From assembly GCA_950097015.1 (NCBI GenBank), contig CATNEN010000038.1:4154001-4218000 (forward strand): 64,000 nt of DNA, read 5' to 3'. Shown here in pieces: positions 47,273 to 60,581 of this stretch (positions are counted from its first letter, which is position 1; every line of letters begins with the position of its first letter). Made by a program: the position numbers and the translations under genes. The notes below the pieces were generated by a model. It had not been told where the DNA came from, searched no databases, and saw nothing but the letters and a program-made list of their open reading frames with translations. This DNA is from Macrostomum hystrix. Its lineage: Eukaryota > Animalia > Platyhelminthes.

Positions 47273-50200
47273 ATGTCTAAACGTGAATATGATGATCCTG
47301 GTAGTGACCAGCCACCAAAGAAGCGAGCGCTCAACAATGTTTCATTTGAGCCTGTTAAATTTGCTGGCATTCACTCACTGGTATGTTTATAAGAGTATTG
47401 ACATTTATTCTGACTCGAATAAAAATTTGCCTCATCTGACACCCTTTGATGGCCTCTCCAGACACCTGTTGATGGCCAATTGGCAGCAAATCCTAAGACA
47501 AATTGACAGAAAATACCAACAAATTACCAGCAAATCCTAAAACAAAGTGACAGCAAATCCTGATACCATTGACAGCAAATCCTGACACCCATTGACAGCA
47601 AATCCTGTAAAACCGATTGACAGCAAATCCTGACACCCATTGACAGCAAATCCTAAAACCAATTGACAGCAAATCCTGACACCCATTGGCAGCAAATCCT
47701 AAAACTAATTGACAGCAAATCCTGACAAATTGACAGCAAATCCTGACACCCATTGACAGCAAATCCTAAAACCAATTGACAGCAAATCCTGACACCCATT
47801 GACAGCAAATCCTAAAACCAATTGACAGCAAATCCTGACACCCATTGACAGCAAATCCTGACACCCAATGACAGCAAATCCTAAAACCAATTGACAGCAA
47901 ATCCTCACAAATTGACAGCAAATCCTAAAACCAATTGACAGCAAATCCTGACAAATTGACAGCAAATCCTGACAAATTGCCAGCAAATCCTGACAGATCG
48001 ACTTTAAATCCTGACCAAAATGCCTTACTAAAAATACCACAGGAGGAGCTAGATTCCAAGGTGCTGCAGATTCAAAACAAGCGCCTCACGGACCGGCTAG
48101 AGGAGCGCAGAAAAGCCGAGGACAGTCTGCGCGATCGCATCGAACAGTTGGAGCGTCGGCAAACAAAGGACGACGAGCTAGTCTGCATCATTAATCGCTA
48201 CTGGAACCAGCTGGACGAAGATGTTCGCCTGTTGCTGACCCGTTTCGAAGGCGAATCGGCCGCCCTAGACGAGGATCGAAAATCTGGCGCTGCCGAGTCG
48301 TTTTTAAAGCAGCTCGGCACCTGGGATAACGAAGAACTTAATGGGCGCCTGAGGCAGCGCGTTGAATTCTCCACGCGAGCCATCGCCAGGCTGGTTGGCG
48401 CCTTTGATCGCCTGCAGTTGCGCTGCCAGACCCTGCGCAGGGCTGTTGTGCTGCGTAGAAAAATTATCGTCGAAGATCTCGGCGGCGCCGGGCAAGAGGA
48501 CGAATCGGCGGCAGCCGCCGCAGCAGCAGCCGCTGCCGTCGCTGCGGTTGCGGAGAGGCGAAGAAGCGGTCAGGTGAGAAACAGCTGGGAATGCCAGGGT
48601 AGGAACAGGTGAGTAGGTAAGGATGGGAACAGGTGAGTAGGTGAAGATGGGAACAGGTGAGTAGGTAAGGATGGGAACAGGTGAGTAGGTAAGGATGGGA
48701 ACAGGTGAGTAGGTGAAGATGGGAACAGGTGAGTAGGTGAAGATGGGAACAAGTGGGTAGGTGAAGATGGGAACAAGTGGGTAGGTCAGGATTGGAACAG
48801 GTGAGTAGGTAAGGATTGGAACAGGTGAGTAGGTCAAGATTGGAACAGGTGAGGATGTAAATAGGAACAGGTGAGGATGTGAATGGGAACAGGTGAGGAT
48901 GTAATTGGGAACAGGTGATGATGTGAATGGGAACAGGTGAGGATGTGAATGGGAACAGAAGAGGATGTGAATTGGAACAGGTGAGTAGTTGAGGATGTGA
49001 ATGGGAACAGGTGAGGATGTGAATGGGAACATGTGAGGATGTGAATGGGAACAGAAGAGGATGTGAATGGGAACAGGTGAGTAGGTGAGGATGTGAATGG
49101 TAACAGGTTAGTAGGTGATGATGTGAATGGGAAGAGGTGAGTAGGTGAGGATGTGAATGGGAACAGGTGAGTAGGTGAGGATGTGAATGGGAACAGGTAA
49201 GTAGGTGAGGATGTGAATGAGAACAGGTGAGTAGGTGAGGATGTGAATGGGAACAGGTGAATAGTTAGGTATAGGGGCAGATCAGAACGTCAGTAAGAAG
49301 CGCCACTTATAATAAGTATTGTCTAACCGTTGTAATTTTAGCTTGATGAAGACTCTGAAGATGACACGAAGACCACCAAGCCGAAGCATCAGTCTTCCAC
49401 TTGTGCTGCAGCCCCCTCTGCAACCAAAACTGAGCCAGTTGACGATGAAGCATCCATGCCGGCCTGCTCAGCTCCGTTAAACGTTGACGAAACTTTGCGC
49501 GCCGAACTGGAGGTGATCCACGCCGAGAATGCTCGCCTGCACCAGGTCAACACTCGGCTGCAGGAGAAGCTGCACGCGCTTAATCTGAGAGCTCTGAAGC
49601 TTGAGGAGCAGGTGAGATAGCTTTGGGCTTCTGGAAATAATTTGCGATTAGACTTAAATGGGCTCAGGCTGTAGCATCTACTGCTTGAATTTACTTCAGG
49701 ATGTAGCATCTACTGCTTGAATTTACTTCAGGGTGTAGCATCTACTGCTTGAATTTACTTCAGGATGTAGCATCTACTGCTTGAATTTACTTCAGGGTGT
49801 AGCATCTACTGCTTGAATTTACTTCAGGCTGTAGCATCTACTGCTTGAATTTACTTCAGGATGTAGCATCTACTGCTTGAATTTACTTCAGGATGTAGCA
49901 TCTACTGCTTGAATTTACTTCAGGCTGTAGCATCTACTGCTTGAATTTACTTCAGGCTGTAGCATCTACTGCTTGAATTTACTTCAGGCTGTAGCATCTA
50001 CTGCTTGAATTTTCTTCCGGATGTAGCATCTACTGCTTGAATTTTCTTCCGGATGTAGCAACTGCTGCATGAATAGGAATGAAGCATCTTTCACCTGAAG
50101 AACTAGGGCTTCAGGGTATGGCATCTTTCACCTGAAGAACTAGGGCTTCAGGGTATGCCATCTTTCAGCTGAAGAACTAGGGCTTCAGGGTATGGCATCT

Positions 50201-53200
50201 TTCACCTGAAGAACTAGGGCTTCAGGGTATGCCATCTTTCAGCTGAAGAACTAGGGCTTCAGGGTATGCCATCTTTCACCTGAAGAACTAGGGCTTCAGG
50301 GTATGCCATCTTTCACCTGAAGAACTAGGGCTTCAGGATATGGCATCTTACACCTGAAGAACTAGGGCTTCAGGGTATGGCATCTTTCACCTGAAGAACT
50401 AGGGCTTCAGGATATGGCATCTTTCACCTGAAGAACTAGGGCTTCAGGGTATGCCATCTTTCACCTGAAGAACTAGGGCTTCAGGGTATGCCATCTTTCA
50501 CCTGAAGAACTAGGGCTTCAGGATATGGCATCTTTCACCTGAAGAACTAGGGCTTCAGGATATGGCATCTTTCACCTGAAGAACTAGGGCTTCAGGATAT
50601 GGCATCTTTCACCTGAAGAACTAGGGCTTCAGGGTATGCCATCTTTCACCTGAAGAACTAGGGCTTCAGGGTATGCCATCTTTCACCTGAAGAACTAGGG
50701 CTTCAGGATATGGCATCTTTCACCTGAAGAACTAGGGCTTCAGGGTATGCCATCTTTCACCTGAAGAACTAGGGCTTCAGGATATGGCATCTTTCACCTG
50801 AAGAACTAGGGCTTCAGGATATGGCATCTTTCACCTGAAGAACTAGCTTCTCGCTAACAATAAGTAGTCTAAAATGAGAACAGTAAGTGCTTTATCCCCA
50901 TCCTATGATCCCAAACTCTCAGGTACAACTGAATGAGGAGTCTTCCGCCGAGTGGCGTAACAAGCACGACGACGCCCAGTACAACCTGGACCGCTCTCAG
51001 CACAAAGTCCATCGCCTGGAGAAGCAGCTAGCCGAGGCTGTTGAAGAGGTCAAACGTCTGCGCGAATCCGGCGCCGGCTCCGTCGCCGCCGATGATCAAG
51101 TCGGCGACGATGCCGATCCTCAGCAGCAGCAGAATCGGCGCAAAGACGGCGGCGGAAACGGTGGCAACATAGCCAAGAGCAAGTACAGGGAGCTGGCCTC
51201 AGAACTGGAAGAGCAGCGCGAGCTGGCCAGCAGCAGGCTTGTTGAATTGGAATCGCTTCAAGCCAAGCTGGATCAGCGGGCGCGCGACTGCGAGAAGCTG
51301 CGCATGGACTTAAGGGAACTGCCCGACTCTGTGATCACCGAAACTCCTGTGTATCAGGTGAGAATTTTGCTCACGGTTGTGAAAACAGCCAGAATCGTTT
51401 ATTTCTGCGATTCCTTCTTTTAGTGGTAAGAACAATCCTGAATCATTCAGCTGAGAATCCCGAATCATTCAGCTGAGAATCCCGAATCATTCAGCTGAGA
51501 ATCCCGAATCATTCAGCTGAGAATCCCGAATCATTCAGCTGAGAATCCCGAATCATTCAGCTGAGAATCCCGAATCATTCAGCTGAGAATCCCGAATCAT
51601 TCAGCTGAGAATCCCGAATCATTCAGCTGAGAATCCCGAATCATTCAGCTGAGAATCCCGAATCATTCAGCTGAGAATCCCGAATCATTCAGCTGAGAAT
51701 CCCGAATCATTCAGCTGAGAATCCCGAATCATTCAGCTGAGAATCCCGAATCATTCAGCTGAGAATCCCGAATCATTCAGCTGAGAATCCCGAATCATTC
51801 AGCTGAGAATCCCGAATCACTCAGCTGAGAATCCCGAATCATTCAGCTGAGAATCCCGAATCATTCAGCTGAGAATCCCGAATCATTCAGCTGAGAATCC
51901 CGAATCATTCAGCTGAGAATCCCGAATCATTCAGCTGAGAATCCCGAATCATTCCAGTACAAATATTTGTATTTTTTTTTAAAATTGCGTGAAATGACCC
52001 GCTATATTTGTAAAAGATCAACCTGTTTTTTGCTACCATCATTCCTTGAGGTGCTAAAATCAAACTTCAACCTGCTCTACAGCGAGGCCTTGATTGTTCG
52101 CAGCCAATTGCAAAAGTGCACCCATCAGGTGCAAGAGAATAGGCAGGCTCACCTGCGCCAAATTGAGCTGATGGAGAGCAACGAGCTGGCCTGCCAGACC
52201 CAGATGCGCAATGAGATGGTGCTGCTCGAGCAGCAGAATTGCGCCATTAAACAGGAGCTGGAGAGTCTCAAATGTGAGCTGGAGCAGGTGCTGGCCCAGA
52301 ATGAACAGGGCCTGTCAATCACCAATGAGATGCGCGCGCTGATTGGTGAGGAATGGGGGTTGTTGTTGCACTTTTATTTGGATTGGTAGTCTAATCTAAA
52401 GTACATTTAAATGTTTGAGATTATGGATCAAGACAGGATCGTGATAGACGAGATGCGGTTATAATAAGACGTGTGATAGAATACGGCAATAGGTGAGATA
52501 GAATACAAAGAGAGGTGAGATAGAATATAAGGAGAGGTGAGATAGAATATAGGGAGAGGTGAGATAGAATCTGGGGAGAGGTGAGATGGAATCTGGGGAG
52601 AGGTGAGATGGAATCTGGGGATAGGTGAGATGGAATCTGGGGAGAGGTGAGATAGAATCTGGGGAGAGGTGAGATGGAATCTGGGGAGAGGTGAGATGGA
52701 ATCTGGGGAGAGGTGAGATAGAATCTGGGGAGAGGTGAGATAGAATCTGGGGAGAGGTGAGATAGAATCTGGGGAGAGGTGAGATAGAATATAAGGAGAG
52801 GTGAGATAGAATCTGGGGAGAGGTGAGATAGAATATAAGGAGAGGTGAGATAGAATCTGGGGAGAGGTGAGATAGAATATAAGGAGAGGTGAGATAGAAT
52901 ATAGGGAGAGGTGAGATAGAATCTGGGGAGAGGTGAGATAGAATCTGGGGAGAGGTGAGATGGAATCTGGGGAGAGGTGAGATAGAATCTGGGGAGAGGT
53001 GAGATAGAATCTGGGGAGAGGTGAGATAGAATCTGGGGAGAGGTGAGATAGAATATAAGGAGAGGTGAGATAGAATCTGGGGAGAGGTGAGATAGAATAT
53101 AAGGAGAGGTGAGATGGAATATCGGGAGAGGTGAGATAGAATCTGGGGAGAGGTGAGATAGAATCTGGGGAGAAGTGAGGTAGAATCTGGGGAGAGGTGA

Positions 53201-56200
53201 GATAGAATCTGGGGAGAAGTGAGGTAGAATCTGGGGAGAGGTGAGATAGAATCTGGGGAGAGGTGAGATAGAATATAAGGAGAGGTGAGATAGAATATAG
53301 GGAGAGGTGAGATAGAATCTGGGGAGAGGTGAGATAGAATATAAGGAGAGGTGAGATAGAATCTGGGGAGAGGTGAGATAGAATCTGGGGAAAGGTGAGA
53401 TGGAATCTGGGGAGAGGTGAGATAGAATCTGGGGAGAGGTGAGATGGAATATCGGGAGATGTGGGGTAGACTATAGGGAGATTGTCACCTGCAATAGGAA
53501 GAAACACTACGAAATGTTTGCTAACGATAAATCACAAGTATTTCGATCGGAAGAGAATGGCGGTAGCAATTAATAAAAGCAAACTCTCCGACCTGTGCAG
53601 GCACTCTGCAGGACCAGAACAAGCACCTGAAGTCCGAGATCATGCGGCACAGAAAGAAGTCGCACGCTCTTCAGGCCGACGCTGACAAATATCGCAGCAT
53701 GTGCCGCCAGATGGAGGAGGAGCTGATGAAACTGCGCGGCAGAGCCTGCGTGAGCGGCGGCAGCTGCGCTGCGGCTGGCAGCTCAGGCGGAGTCGCGACG
53801 GCGGCTACGGCAGGTTCGACGACTTCAACAAGCGGCGGTGCAGCTTCAGCGTCTGCGGCTGAAACTGGACCGTCTGGCGATGTCAAGACTGGTAAGTCAT
53901 CAAGTCTTTGTTGCCCTAGAGGTCACGAGTTCGAGTCTCAGTAATTAAGAAGCATCTAATTTCTCTAGAGGTCACGAGTTCGAGTCTCAATACTTATGGG
54001 GCATCTTATTTTCACTGTAAAATGGTCGCTTTCATTGGTTAGCTCTAGCGGCGTCTTAGTCCTTGGACTGAATTCATCTTTTGAATAGCTACGGCTGTGC
54101 CACTGGCTGTACGTTTGACCCAACTAGTCTAGGTGTCTTTCCTGCTTATATTATGAGTCTTCGTGAAGATAAGTTAAGTTAGATTTTAAGTTAGAAGTTA
54201 AGTTAGATTTGTTCTTATCATCAGGCACTAAGACACTTTCATTCTCACTTCAGCAACCTCCGAGTCTCAACCGCCGAATCAGCAGCCTCAGGCGGCGAGT
54301 TCCAACGAGTCCGCCAAGGATGATTTATCGGCTTCGGCTTCTAGTCATCATCCCGACGCCGGGTGCGCCAATGCGACGCCGCATACGCCCGGGTCTGGCA
54401 GCTTCGGCTCATCCTCAGCCTCCTCAGCTGCCGTGCAGAATCTGAAAATGCAATTAAAGAAGAGCCAGGACAAGGTGAAGGAGCTCTTGCAGCTGTTGGA
54501 GGCATTCAAAACTATATCTAAGGATCAGCGAGATCGAGCCACCCTGGCTGCCTCCGAGGCGCGGCTGCGCACGGAGCTGGAGGAGTCGCGAGCCGAGGCC
54601 CACAGGCTTCGGGACCGGGAGCGGAAGCTATTCTCGGAGAATGACCTCGCCAGGAAGGTCAGGCGGTAAGTAACGCCGGCTTGTTTAGAAAAAAGCGCTT
54701 AAGCGGCACATCAAAGGGTTAGGGTGAGGGCGGCACATCAAAGGGTTAGGGTGAGGGCGGCACATCAAAGGGTTAGGGTGAGGGCGGCACATCAAAGGGT
54801 TAGGGTAAGGGCGGTACATCAAAGGGTTAGGGTGAGGGCGGCACATCAAAGGGTTAGGGTAAGAGCGGCACATCAAAGGGTTAGGGTGAGGGCGGCACAT
54901 CAAAGGGTTAGGGTGAGGGCGGCACATCAAAAGGATTAAGATAAGGTGGAGTAAAAATAGGGGCGAAAAAAAAATTCTGTCTGTAAATATGAGTTATGGC
55001 GGCTACATCACAGAAACTCACTATGGCCTCCAATTTCTTTCTCCACCTTGGCAGCCTGGAGGAAACCCTGCATCACTGCCAGCAGAAGCTGAACACCTCC
55101 AAGCAGGAGGAGGACGCCCTTCTCAAAGAGATGGAAGTCATGGAGCTGGCCTTCTCAGATGTTCAAGAGCAGAATCAGCGCCTGATGAAGCAGCTCAAAG
55201 AGAAGGATGACGCCAATTTAAAGCTGATGAACGAGCGACAGAAGGGCGACAAGTTGCAGATGCTGCTCAGGGAAGAAAAGGACGTGCTTGTCAAGCAGCT
55301 CAGGATAATTGGAGCACAGATTGAGGCGCAAAGCGAAGTGGTGCAAAAACTCGAAGAGAAAGATCGACTCAACATGGGCAGCATCAACACTCTGGAGAAG
55401 GAGGTTGGACTCAGGCAGCAAGCTTTGGATATTTTTAAACGGTGAGATGCGTTTTTGTCTGGGCAAATATAAGAGTAGAGAATGGTCGATTCCTGATTAG
55501 ACCCTCGTAGATTTGTAGACAATGGTTCTAAATAGGCAATGTTAGATTCCAAAGAAGAAAACTGTAGATTCCGGGATAAACAATGGTAGATTCCTAGGTA
55601 GGCAATGGTAGATTTCTAAGTAGACAATGGTAGATTCCTAAGTAGACAATAGTAGATTCTTAAGAAGACAATAGTAGATTCTTAAGAAGACAATAGTAGA
55701 TTCCTAAGTAGACAATAGTAGATTCCTAAGTAGACAATGGTAGATTTCTAAGTAGACAATGGTGGATTCCCAAGTAGACAATAGTAGATTCCTAAGTAGA
55801 CAATGGTAGATTCCCAAGTAGACAATAGTAGATTCCTAAGTAGACAATGGTAGATTCCTAAGTAGACAATAGTAGATTTCTAAGTAGACAATGATGGATT
55901 CCCAAGTAGACAATGGTAGATTCCTAAGCAGACAATGGTAGATTCCTAAGCAGACAATGGTAGATTCCTAAGTAGACAATAGTAGATTCCTAAGTAGACA
56001 ATGGTAGATTCCTAAGTAGACAATGGTAGATTCCTAAGTAGACAATGGTAGATTCCTAAGTAGGCAATGGTAGATTTCTAAGTAGACAATGGTGGATTCC
56101 CAAGTAGACAATGGTAGATTCCTAAGTAGACAATAGTAGATTCTTAAGAAGACAATAGTAGATTCTTAAGAAGACAATAGTAGATTCCTAAGTAGACAAT

Positions 56201-56973
56201 AGTAGATTCCTAAGTAGACAATGGTAGATTCCTAGGTAGGCAATGGTAGATTTCTAAGTAGACAATGGTGGATTCCCAAGTAGACAATGGTAGATTCCTA
56301 AGTAGACAATAGTAGATTCCTAAGTAGACAATAGTAGATTCCTAAGTAGACAATGGTAGATTCCTAGGTAGGCAATGGTAGATTTCTAAGTAGACAATGA
56401 TGGATTCCCAAGTAGACAATGGTAGATTCCTAAGCAGACAATGGTAGATTCCCAAGTATATAATAGTAGATTCCCGGATTAGACAATGGCTGACTCCATA
56501 TTCCCGCGAGTCCCAAATTCCGATCAAGAACGCCCCCCTGAAATCTCAGACGCAGTGCCGAGCACCAGCAGCAGGCCCAGGATCTGCAGTTAAACCTGGA
56601 CAAATACCTGAGCCAGGTGCGAGAGCTGCAGGCCGCTGTGCAAGAGAAGGCGTCTGTCATCGAGAAGGAGGGCTTCAGGCACAAGCGGCTGCTGGAGGAG
56701 CTGGCCACACTCAAACGGAAGCACGATCGATTGAAAAAGATTGAAGAATCTTCCAATGCTGACGAGGTGCTCCTAGCTGAGATTGCCGATTACAAAGAGC
56801 AGCTCACCTGTCCCTGCTGCAAGGTGAAGCGCAAGGACGCCATCCTGACTAAGTGCTTCCACGTCTTCTGCTTGGACTGTTTGAAGACCCGCTACGAGAC
56901 CAGGAATCGAAAGTGTCCGAAATGCAATGCCACTTTCGGTGCAAACGATTATCACAGGATTTACCTGGCCTGA
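47273..56973 (+). CDS. BRE1: E3 ubiquitin-protein ligase BRE1 (RNF20/RNF40 orthologue), 9 coding exons
   Basis: Exons 47273-47380, 48043-48573, 49342-49611, 50923-51357, 52051-52345, 53601-53891, 54254-54665, 55055-55441, 56550-56973. Motifs EELDSKVLQIQNKRL, INRYWNQLDED, QEQNQRLMKQLKEKDDANLKLMNER, C-terminal RING LTCPCCKVKRKDAILTKCFHVFCLDCLKTRYETRNRKCPKC. Confidence 0.95.
47482..47995. repeat. ~19-23-bp intronic minisatellite
   Basis: Core TTGACAGCAAATCCT with variable spacers. Confidence 0.9.
48600..49262. repeat. Intronic minisatellite containing splice-donor consensus
   Basis: Unit ~GGGAACAGGTGAGTAGGTRAGGAT. Confidence 0.9.
49665..50060. repeat. 32-bp intronic minisatellite
   Basis: Unit TGTAGCATCTACTGCTTGAATTTACTTCAGGV. 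Confidence 0.92.
50083..50846. repeat. 37-bp intronic minisatellite
   Basis: Unit CATCTTTCACCTGAAGAACTAGGGCTTCAGGRTATGS. Confidence 0.95.
51435..51953. repeat. 22-bp intronic minisatellite
   Basis: Unit GAATCATTCAGCTGAGAATCCC, nearly invariant. Confidence 0.95.
52490..53460. repeat. 22-bp purine-rich intronic minisatellite
   Basis: Unit GAGAGGTGAGATAGAATCTGGG. Confidence 0.95.
54702..54930. repeat. 27-bp intronic minisatellite with telomere-like GGGTTAGGG
   Basis: Unit GCGGCACATCAAAGGGTTAGGGTGAGG, ~8 copies. Confidence 0.92.
55580..56475. repeat. 22-bp intronic minisatellite
   Basis: Unit TAGACAATRGTAGATTCCTAAG. Confidence 0.95.
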
Positions 56974-57132
56974 GAACAAGTTTCTTGTTGGTCATTTATT
57001 TCTGCTTATTTAATTGGCTTGAAGAGCTTTATTTTAATTCGAAATTTATGAATTGCCAAATAAATCTGTATTTTGTTTGTTGCATTCATTTTTTCTACAT
57101 TTCCTGCTTAATCAAAATATATGAAAAGAATG

Positions 57133-57545
57133 TATCGTCGATTTCTTGAATCGTCGATTTTCAAGGTCAACGATTTCTTGAATCGTCGATTTTCAAGGTC
57201 AACGATTTCTTGAATCGTCGATTTTCATGGTCAACGATTTCATGAATCGTCGATTTACAAGGTCAACTATTTCATGAATAGACGATTTACAAGGTCAACT
57301 ATTTCATGAATCGTCGATTTTCAAGGTCAACGATTTCTTGAATCGTCGATTTTCAAGGTCAACGATTTCTTGAATCGTCGATTTTCAAGGTCAACGATTT
57401 CTTGAATCGTCGATTTTCATGGTCAACCATTTCTTGAATCGACGATTTTCAAGGTCAACGATTTCTTGAATCGTCGATTTTCAAGGTCAACGATTTCTTG
57501 AGTCGTCGATTTTCAAGGTTAACTATTTCTTGAATCGTCGATTCT
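57133..57545. repeat. 32-bp minisatellite downstream of BRE1
   Basis: Unit GATTTCTTGAATCGTCGATTTTCAAGGTCAAC with internal inverted repeat. Confidence 0.92.
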
Positions 57546-59039
57546 TTAGGACCGTCGCTGAAAAAAGGCAATAATGCCAGCTGGCGTACTGCAGATTGTT
57601 TATTTTGCGAATCGATCAAATTTTAATGAAGATGAATGTGCATCTGTTACTACTAAAATACGCGTCGAGTATCAGTAGTAAACCTAACAGCTTTTTATGC
57701 CTTGAAATCTTATAAGCCAGTTTTCTGCCCAGCACAGATGAAGGTGTTTCATTGCGTCTGCAAATGTTTTACATGTGTTTATTTTTGTTGCACCCCGCTG
57801 TGCGTTATTAACCGTACCCGTTTGTGTCTGTTAGCGCATTGTGCTCTGACAAATGCTCATTGAATCCCGTGTAAATTGAAAAAGCACAACAGGTCTCATT
57901 AATATGTTGCACCACTAAAATAATATAATAATTTTCACGGCCGTGTCTTTGCACAGAAAAAAATCTATTTCAATCGTTTCTCATATCTCTAATCTGTTTG
58001 TCACTGAAGTCTAGTATGAACATATATATTTTCCATAGACAGAATATAAATAAAAGTACATCTGGCGGCTCAAATGTCTGCTTGGCTTGTATTTTCTACA
58101 TGTCTCGCAGAGTTTGCTAGTTGAGCAAATTCAAATGTTTGCTATAATGGTCTTCCTTTGGCTGTGCTTTTACTTTGTCCAGTTTATTCTGCTGACAGCG
58201 TTGGATGGTGACTGATTAGTTGGCAGACTAGGCGAGGGTGTCCTGTGGTTGAGCTGCGCCTAATATATATATATTTAGGCTTGGTCAGTGAAATTGGAGA
58301 TATTCGCGTCAGGATGTCCATGGGTGCCTATTTTCACCTGTTGTAGTCCTTGAAGGTCCAGAAAATCCGTCTAGATAAAGGTAGGTGACAACCGAAGACG
58401 GAGATGATGCAGGCACATCAACTATTGTCTATGGCCATGGCAGAGTGCCTTGAAATCATCCGCTTGGTTGGCTTTTTGTCTATGGTCGAGTGCAGTTCTA
58501 TGGTCGCGTAGTATTTGACTAATTAGTCGTAAATTAGTAGGGCTACAAGATTTTATAGCTTCCAGCAGCTACACACAACTGTTCAACATTGGAAGATTTA
58601 TGACCCCCTCGTGATTAGCCGATTGCAGCGCTGAGCCAATCCCTTCCATTCATCCCTTATATTACCACAGCTTGATCGAGTATTGGACTAGCTTTTTACC
58701 ATAGAGATTAATTTACCATCGACATTCAAACCGGTTATTACCGGTGTTAACGCCATTAAAATGTGTATTCGCTTATTCGGTCTTCTAGCATAGCTAGAAG
58801 TTTCTGTCCAACACGGCAGATCTGACTCCCGCTAAAGATAATACTCGTGTTGCAAATAAACTTTAAGTGAGCAAATGCAAACAATCATTGTTTACATATA
58901 ATAATTTTCTTGCCTGCTTGCACAGCACATGCCACGCAGTTCGTGCCCGCCAGCACGTGGGCTTGTACTGCTGTTTCCAGTTTCATTCTCATCATCTCAT
59001 TCTGTCAACTCTGCCACTGTCTACTATTTTTTCCTTTAT

Positions 59040-59900
59040 CCCATCTCATCTGTTTCTCCCCTCCCATCCCATCTGTTTCTCCCCTCCCATCTCATCTGTT
59101 TCTCCCCTCCCATCTCATCTGTTTCTCCCCTCCCATCCCATTTGTTTCTCCCCTCCTATCTCATCTGTTTCTCCCCTCCCATCCCATCTGTTTCTCCCCT
59201 CCCATCCCATCTGTTTCTCCCCTCCTATCTCATCTGTTTCTCCCCTCCCATCCCATCTGTTTCTCCCCTCCCATCCCATCTGTTTCTCCCCTCCCATCCC
59301 ATTTGTTTCTCCCCTCCCATCCCATCTGTTTCTCCCCTCCCATCCCATCTGTTTCTCCCCTCCCATCCCATCTGTTTCTCCCCTCCCATCCCATCTGTTT
59401 CTCCCCTACCATCCCATCTGTTTCTCCCCTCCCATCTCATCTGTTTCTCCCCTCCCATCCCATTTGTTTCTCCCCTCCCATCCCATCTGTTTCTCCCCTC
59501 CCATCCCATCTGTTTTTCCCCTCCCATCTCATCTGTTTCTCCCCTCCCATCTCATCTGTTTCTCCCCTCCCATCTCATCTATTTCTCCCCTCCCATCTCA
59601 TGTTTCTCCCCTCCCATCTCATCTGTTTCTCCCCTCCCATCTCATCTGTTTCTCCCCTCTCATCTCATCTATTTCTCCCCTCCCATCTCATGTTTCTCCC
59701 CTCCTATCTCATCTGTTTCTCCCATCTCATCTGTTTCTTCCCTCCCATCCCATCTGTTTCTCCCCTCCCATCTTTTTCTCCCCTTCCATCTTATCTATTT
59801 CTCCCCTCCCATCTCATCTGTTTCTCCTCTCCCATCCCATCTGTTTCTCCCCTTCCATCTGTTCCCTTCCCCCTTCCATATGTTTCTCCCCTCCCATCAA
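59040..59900. repeat. ~23-bp pyrimidine-rich minisatellite
   Basis: Unit ~CCATCYCATCTGTTTCTCCCCTC. Confidence 0.93.
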
Positions 59901-60581
59901 ATCCCTATAGAAGATATTGTTGTAAAGGAAATTTTCTTGTCAATTTACAATTTGCAAGAAATGTCTTGATACGAGCTATATATTTTCTACCCTGCGTGTT
60001 TATCGGTCAGCCCACAGCTGGTCAGTGAAATGGTAATTTTGGCTTGTGAGTTGTCTGCTCAGGATTCTATATTCAGAGCTGCATCCCTCTGTGCTCAATC
60101 AGTTGCTCATCTGTTTGTCCCGTCAGTGTATCATGGAGCACTGCATTATTACTTATCTATTCTAAATAATTTTCCCACACAAATGCTAATGTTATTCCAG
60201 AGCTAACTTCAACCTCCCACCAATGCCCCTCAGCCCGTTTGTCATTGGCTGGCCCCTCCCCCAATCCCGCGACCCAGCTCAAAATTTTCTCGACTAGAAT
60301 AGTTAACCACCCAGCAGACATAGTGCTGGCCATATGTATATATGGAAAAGCGAGAGAGCTTGAGACTGCCAGTGCGTTCTGCATTTATTCACGTGTTCGG
60401 TTGGTTATTGATTAAATAGTATCCGTCTGTAGTGTATGTGCGCGCGTGTGTGAATAATTCTGACAGCAACCTGTTCCTACAGCTGATTCCACAGCAGTCT
60501 TATCTGACCAGAACTGGATCCATTCGTTTTTAGGCCGCATAATATTGAAGCTTTTGTTGAACCTTCTCTAAAACTAACTCC

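Noticed and set aside
53915-53990. Duplicated GGTCACGAGTTCGAGTCTC, tRNA T-arm-like
   Set aside because: No A-box or cloverleaf; at most a SINE scrap
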